Positions 18,715-22,108 of a stretch of 22,108 nt of DNA are shown here, piece after piece (position 1 is the first letter of the stretch; the number at the start of each line of letters is the position of its first letter). The notes under the pieces were generated by a model, which saw only the letters and a program-made list of their open reading frames with translations, was not told the origin of the DNA and did not search any database. Made by a program: the position numbers and the translations under genes. The stretch comes from Gemmatales bacterium. Its GTDB lineage: Bacteria > Planctomycetota > Planctomycetia > Gemmatales > Gemmataceae. The stretch lies in the NCBI GenBank assembly GCA_038227745.1, contig JBBRPS010000052.1:1-22108 (forward strand), written 5' to 3'.

Positions 18715-19119
18715 ATGGTGACGCCCGTCGTACGCTACATGCTGCTTTGCGACGATGTGCGGCTCGATCAAGACAACCCAACCTGTACACACATCGACTG
18801 CTTGATGAGCAGTATTGTTTCTCAGGAGGAGCCGCCGTTTCCGCTCGTCCGAGAGCAGATTTGCATCTACCTGGTGCTGACCGAATGTTATGGGCAGGGC
18901 ACCGGACAAATACGAGTGGCTTACCTGGACGCGGAAAAAGAGCAGCCGCTGTTTGGGTCTGCCCCACACCGACTCGACTTTACTGGGCATTCGCCGTTAG
19001 AATTACTCGGCGTCGTCTTCCGGATCGAGGGAGGGCGTTTCCCTCGGGCAGGACAGTATGCGGTGCAGTTCTGGTACAATGATCAGAAAGTCGAAGAGCG
19101 CCCCCTTCGGCTCAGGTGA
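18715..19119 (+). CDS. Hypothetical protein, about 134 aa, in a locally low-GC segment (about 53-58% against about 70% in the flanks).
   Basis: The ORF is MVTPVVRYMLLCDDVRLDQDNPTCTHIDCLMSSIVSQEEPPFPLV…GQYAVQFWYNDQKVEERPLRL, with an alternative GTG start at 18703. It uses AT-rich codons (tta, tac, att) and occupies the position between plsX and fabD where fabH normally sits. I recognise no domain. Confidence 0.5.
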   Translation: MVTPVVRYMLLCDDVRLDQDNPTCTHIDCLMSSIVSQEEPPFPLVREQICIYLVLTECYGQGTGQIRVAYLDAEKEQPLFGSAPHRLDFTGHSPLELLGVVFRIEGGRFPRAGQYAVQFWYNDQKVEERPLRLR

Positions 19120-19356
19120 CACCCCATGAAAGGTCACTCAAACAAGAACGAGGGAGTCCGGGCCATCGCGGAGTTCCTGGACCAGGCGGTTCCCCTGGCC
19201 GACCCAGACGCTCCCCGCGCTGCCTCTCGTTCCACCAATGCGGGGGTTCACCTCCTCGCCGATTTCACCGACCCTGTGCAACCTCTTGGACTGTCAGAGC
19301 TGGGGAAAGAACAGCAATCGACCCTCCTGCAAGCACGCAACGGAAGCGGAGCGGCC

Positions 19357-20265
19357 ATGCCGAAGAGCGCCTTTCTCTTTCCCGGACAGGGAGCCCAGAC
19401 CGTGGGCATGGCGCAGCAACTCTGCGCCACGCTGTCGGCCGCGCGCCGCCTGTTCGACGAGGCGTCGGCGATCCTCGGCTACAACCTCCTTGAAGTGTGC
19501 AAGAAAGGTCCTGTCGAGCGCCTCAACTCGACCGCCGTCAGTCAGCCCGCCATCTTCGTCGCCAGCCTTGCGGCCCTCGAAAGTCTCCGCGCCAGCGACC
19601 CGTCCGCGGAGGCGAGCTGCGTCGCGACCGCTGGCCTGAGCCTGGGCGAGTATACCGCCCTCGTCTTCGCCGGCGCCTTGAGCTTCAGCGACGGCGTCCG
19701 CCTGGTGAAGCGCCGCGGCGAGGCGATGCAGGCTGCCGCCGACGCCTCCCCGAGCGCCATGGTCAGCGTCCTCGGCCTCGACCGCGACAAGGTCGGCGAG
19801 CTGTGCGCCCGGGCACGCTCCAAAGGACTCATCGAGGTCGCCAACCTCCTTTGCCCGGCGAACATCGTCGTTTCCGGCACGCAGGACGCCTGCGCCGAGG
19901 TCGAGCGGCTGGCCCCGGAGATGGGCGCCATGAAGACGATCCGCCTGGTCGTCGCGGGCGCGTTCCACACCGAGCTGATGAAGCCCGCGGACCAGTCGCT
20001 ACGGGAGGCGCTGGCTGACGTGGCGCTGCGGCCCCCACGCATCCCCGTCTGGTCGAACGTCGATGCCCAACCGCACACCAATCCCGAGGAGATCGGCACG
20101 CTGCTGGTGCGCCAGGTACTCCAGCCCGTGCAGTGGGAGCAGACGATGCGCAACCTCCTGGCGAGCGGCGTGGACCGCTTCTACGAGATCGGCCCCGGCC
20201 GCGTCCTCGCCGGCCTCCTCAAGCGCGTCGAGCGCAAGGCGAACTGCGTCAACATCGCGGCGTGA
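19357..20265 (+). CDS. fabD: Malonyl-CoA:ACP transacylase FabD, 302 aa, with the active site written GLSLGEY instead of the usual GHSLGEY.
   Basis: MPKSAFLFPGQGAQTVGM…QPAIFVASLAA…GLSLGEYTALVFAG…VAGAFHTELMKPA covers the GQGxQ motif, the GxSxG nucleophile and the catalytic His. The RBS GGAAGCGGAG is 6 nt upstream. The same frame is open back to an ATG at 19126 that has its own AGGTGA SD, so an N-terminal extension is possible. Confidence 0.85.
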   Translation: MPKSAFLFPGQGAQTVGMAQQLCATLSAARRLFDEASAILGYNLLEVCKKGPVERLNSTAVSQPAIFVASLAALESLRASDPSAEASCVATAGLSLGEYTALVFAGALSFSDGVRLVKRRGEAMQAAADASPSAMVSVLGLDRDKVGELCARARSKGLIEVANLLCPANIVVSGTQDACAEVERLAPEMGAMKTIRLVVAGAFHTELMKPADQSLREALADVALRPPRIPVWSNVDAQPHTNPEEIGTLLVRQVLQPVQWEQTMRNLLASGVDRFYEIGPGRVLAGLLKRVERKANCVNIAA

Positions 20266-20302
20266 AGGCGCCTGCCTTCCCCCGACCAACGGAGGTCGTC
20301 GC

Positions 20303-21106
20303 ATGCCGCCCCCAGCTGTCGAGTTCACCCAGGTCGTCAAGGACTACCCCACGGGCGTCCTGCGCAAGGCGGCGCTGCGCGCCGTGGACGCCGTTAGTTT
20401 CCGCGTCGAGGCGGGCGAGGTGTTCGGCCTGCTCGGCCCGAACCGCGCCGGCAAGACCACGCTCGTCAAGATGCTCCTGTCCCTGTGCAAACCGACGTCC
20501 GGCACCGTGACGCGCCTGGGGCAGCCCGGCAGCGACCGCAGCACGCTGGCCCGCGTCGGCTACGTTCACGAGAACCATGCTTTCCCGCGTTACCTGACCG
20601 CCACCGGCCTGCTCGAGTATTACGGCGCCCTCAGCCTCCTGCCCGAGCCGGAAGTCAAGGAGCGCATCCCGAAGCTGCTCGAGCGCGTCGGGTTGGCCGA
20701 CCGGGCGCGCGAGCCGATCGCGCGCTTCAGCAAGGGCATGGTGCAGCGCCTCGGCGTGGCCCAGGCGCTGATCAACGACCCCGAGCTGCTGGTGCTGGAC
20801 GAGCCGAGCGAGGGGCTGGACCTGACGGGCCGCCAGTTGATCCGCGACCTGGCCGCCGAGCAGCGGCAGCGCGGCCGGACGGTCGTGCTGGTCTCGCACG
20901 TCCTCGCCGAGGTGGAGCAGGTGTGCGACCGCGTGGCGGTGATCGTCGTCGGCCGTCTGGAGTACCTCGGCCCGCTGCCGGACCTGACGCGCGACCCGCA
21001 GACCGGGGCGCGGCGCCCGCTGGAGCAGTCGCTGCACGAGATCTACCAGCGTTCCCCGGCCGGCGGCGCCAAACCCCAGGTAACCCCCGAGAAAGTCAAG
21101 TCATGA
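20303..21106 (+). CDS. ABC transporter ATP-binding protein (ABC-2 / CcmA-type exporter ATPase), 267 aa.
   Basis: Walker A GPNRAGKTT, Walker B LLVLDEPSEGLD and H-loop VSHV are present. The signature motif is degenerate (FSKGMVQRLGVAQAL). The SD ACGGAGG is 7 nt upstream of the ATG. Confidence 0.85.
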   Translation: MPPPAVEFTQVVKDYPTGVLRKAALRAVDAVSFRVEAGEVFGLLGPNRAGKTTLVKMLLSLCKPTSGTVTRLGQPGSDRSTLARVGYVHENHAFPRYLTATGLLEYYGALSLLPEPEVKERIPKLLERVGLADRAREPIARFSKGMVQRLGVAQALINDPELLVLDEPSEGLDLTGRQLIRDLAAEQRQRGRTVVLVSHVLAEVEQVCDRVAVIVVGRLEYLGPLPDLTRDPQTGARRPLEQSLHEIYQRSPAGGAKPQVTPEKVKS

Positions 21107-22068
21107 CCGGCCCGCAGTTCATCTACGCGACGCGCTGGCTGATCCGCGACACGTTCCGCCAGGCGATGGCCACGTGGATCTTCTGGATCATGCTCGGCGT
21201 CAGCCTGCTGTGCATCGTGTTCTGCCTCGGCATCAGCGTCGAGGGCGGCCTGGACGCGCCGCGGCCGGGCGACACCGAGCGCTACACGAAGCAGGGCAAG
21301 CCGTTCACCGGGCAGAACCCGAACCCGGCGGTGATGAGCCTGATGTTCGGGGCGGTCCGCGTCGAGGTGCCGCGCGACCGCGCGACCGGCGTCCACATGC
21401 TGCAGGTGCTGCTGGCGACGTGGGTGGCGGGGTCGGCGGGGCTGCTGCTGACGCTGGTGTGGACGGCGGGCTTCCTGCCGGAGTTCCTGCAGCCGAGCGC
21501 CGCGTCGGTGCTGTTCGCCAAGCCGGTGCCGCGCTGGGCGCTGGTCGTGGGCAAGTACCTCGGCGTGGTGGCGTTCGTCGCCTTCCAGGTGTTCGTGTTC
21601 TTCGCCGGGACGTGGTTGGCGCTGGGCATCAAGACGGGGGTGTGGCAGTACGCCTACCTCGTCGGCATCCCGATCCTGGTGCTGCACTTCGCGGTGATCT
21701 ACAGCTTCTCGGTGCTGCTGGCGGTCTGCACGCGCAGCACGGTGGCGTGCATCTTCGGCTCGATCCTGTTCTGGCTGGTGTGCTGGGGCATCAACCTCGG
21801 CTGGTACTACACCGCTCACCTGCCGGGGATGTCGTCGCTGACCGGCTTCCTGGCGGGAGTGGGGTACTGGACGCTGCCCAAGCCGGCGGACATGGTGGGG
21901 CTGCTGGAGCAGACGCTGCAGACCGGCCAGCACTTCTCGGCGCTGTCGAGCTGGGACGTGGTGCAGAAGGCGGCAGTCATGTCGGAACTGTCGCTGTTGA
22001 CGTCGCTGCTGTTCGCGGTGGTGATCCTGGTGATTTCCGGGCGACAACTGGAAGCGACGGATTATTGA
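21103..22068 (+). CDS. ABC-2 family transporter permease, 321 aa, about six TM helices.
   Basis: The start is MTGPQFIYATRWL, with its ATG overlapping the upstream TGA (ATGA), which implies translational coupling with the ATPase. Multiple hydrophobic helices are visible (…WIFWIMLGVSLLCIVFCLGI…, …LLATWVAGSAGLLLTLVWTAGF…, …AFVAFQVFVFFAGTWLALGI…). Confidence 0.85.
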   Translation: MTGPQFIYATRWLIRDTFRQAMATWIFWIMLGVSLLCIVFCLGISVEGGLDAPRPGDTERYTKQGKPFTGQNPNPAVMSLMFGAVRVEVPRDRATGVHMLQVLLATWVAGSAGLLLTLVWTAGFLPEFLQPSAASVLFAKPVPRWALVVGKYLGVVAFVAFQVFVFFAGTWLALGIKTGVWQYAYLVGIPILVLHFAVIYSFSVLLAVCTRSTVACIFGSILFWLVCWGINLGWYYTAHLPGMSSLTGFLAGVGYWTLPKPADMVGLLEQTLQTGQHFSALSSWDVVQKAAVMSELSLLTSLLFAVVILVISGRQLEATDY

Positions 22069-22108
22069 AGGTTGTTATGGGGTCGGGGGACACAAGCCCG
22101 ACGCGCCA

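Overview
This 22.1-kb window is high-GC (roughly 68-70%) and looks like an ordinary chromosomal region. A signal-peptide protein with an N-terminal '...LQLESLEERTVPS' motif suggests Planctomycetota, but that is a memory-based guess. All product assignments rest on motifs I read in the ORF translations; no searches or computations were run, and the GC and percent-identity figures are eye estimates. Gene order: (i) a minus-strand 1125-aa ORF that fuses a P1B-type (CPC-motif) P-type ATPase to a C-terminal HflK/SPFH (band-7) domain; (ii) a divergent 216-aa hypothetical; (iii) a MarR regulator with a clear sigma70-like promoter and dyad, followed by a MacAB-type efflux module (adaptor, ABC ATPase, FtsX/MacB permease); (iv) a minus-strand Rpn/YhgA-like protein with a C-terminal DUF4351-like tail; (v) a secreted SdrD-B-like repeat protein; (vi) an RluA-family pseudouridine synthase with an S4 domain; (vii) a secreted LolA-like plus HEAT-repeat protein; (viii) FtsK; (ix) a 96-aa hypothetical; (x) rpmF-plsX, then a low-GC hypothetical ORF where fabH usually sits, then fabD; (xi) an ABC-2 ATPase and permease pair with an ATGA overlap. 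Overlaid on the genes is a family of palindromic extragenic repeats with the termini GTTTAGCCGCG...CGCGGCTAAAC, present as four copies or variants, all in 3' or intergenic positions. There is also a perfect 20-bp-stem hairpin in the divergent promoter region of the ATPase gene, and several strong terminator-like hairpins. Many six-frame ORFs are Arg/Ala/Gly/Pro-rich antisense artefacts of the high GC and were rejected. I found no rRNA, tRNA or CRISPR array.
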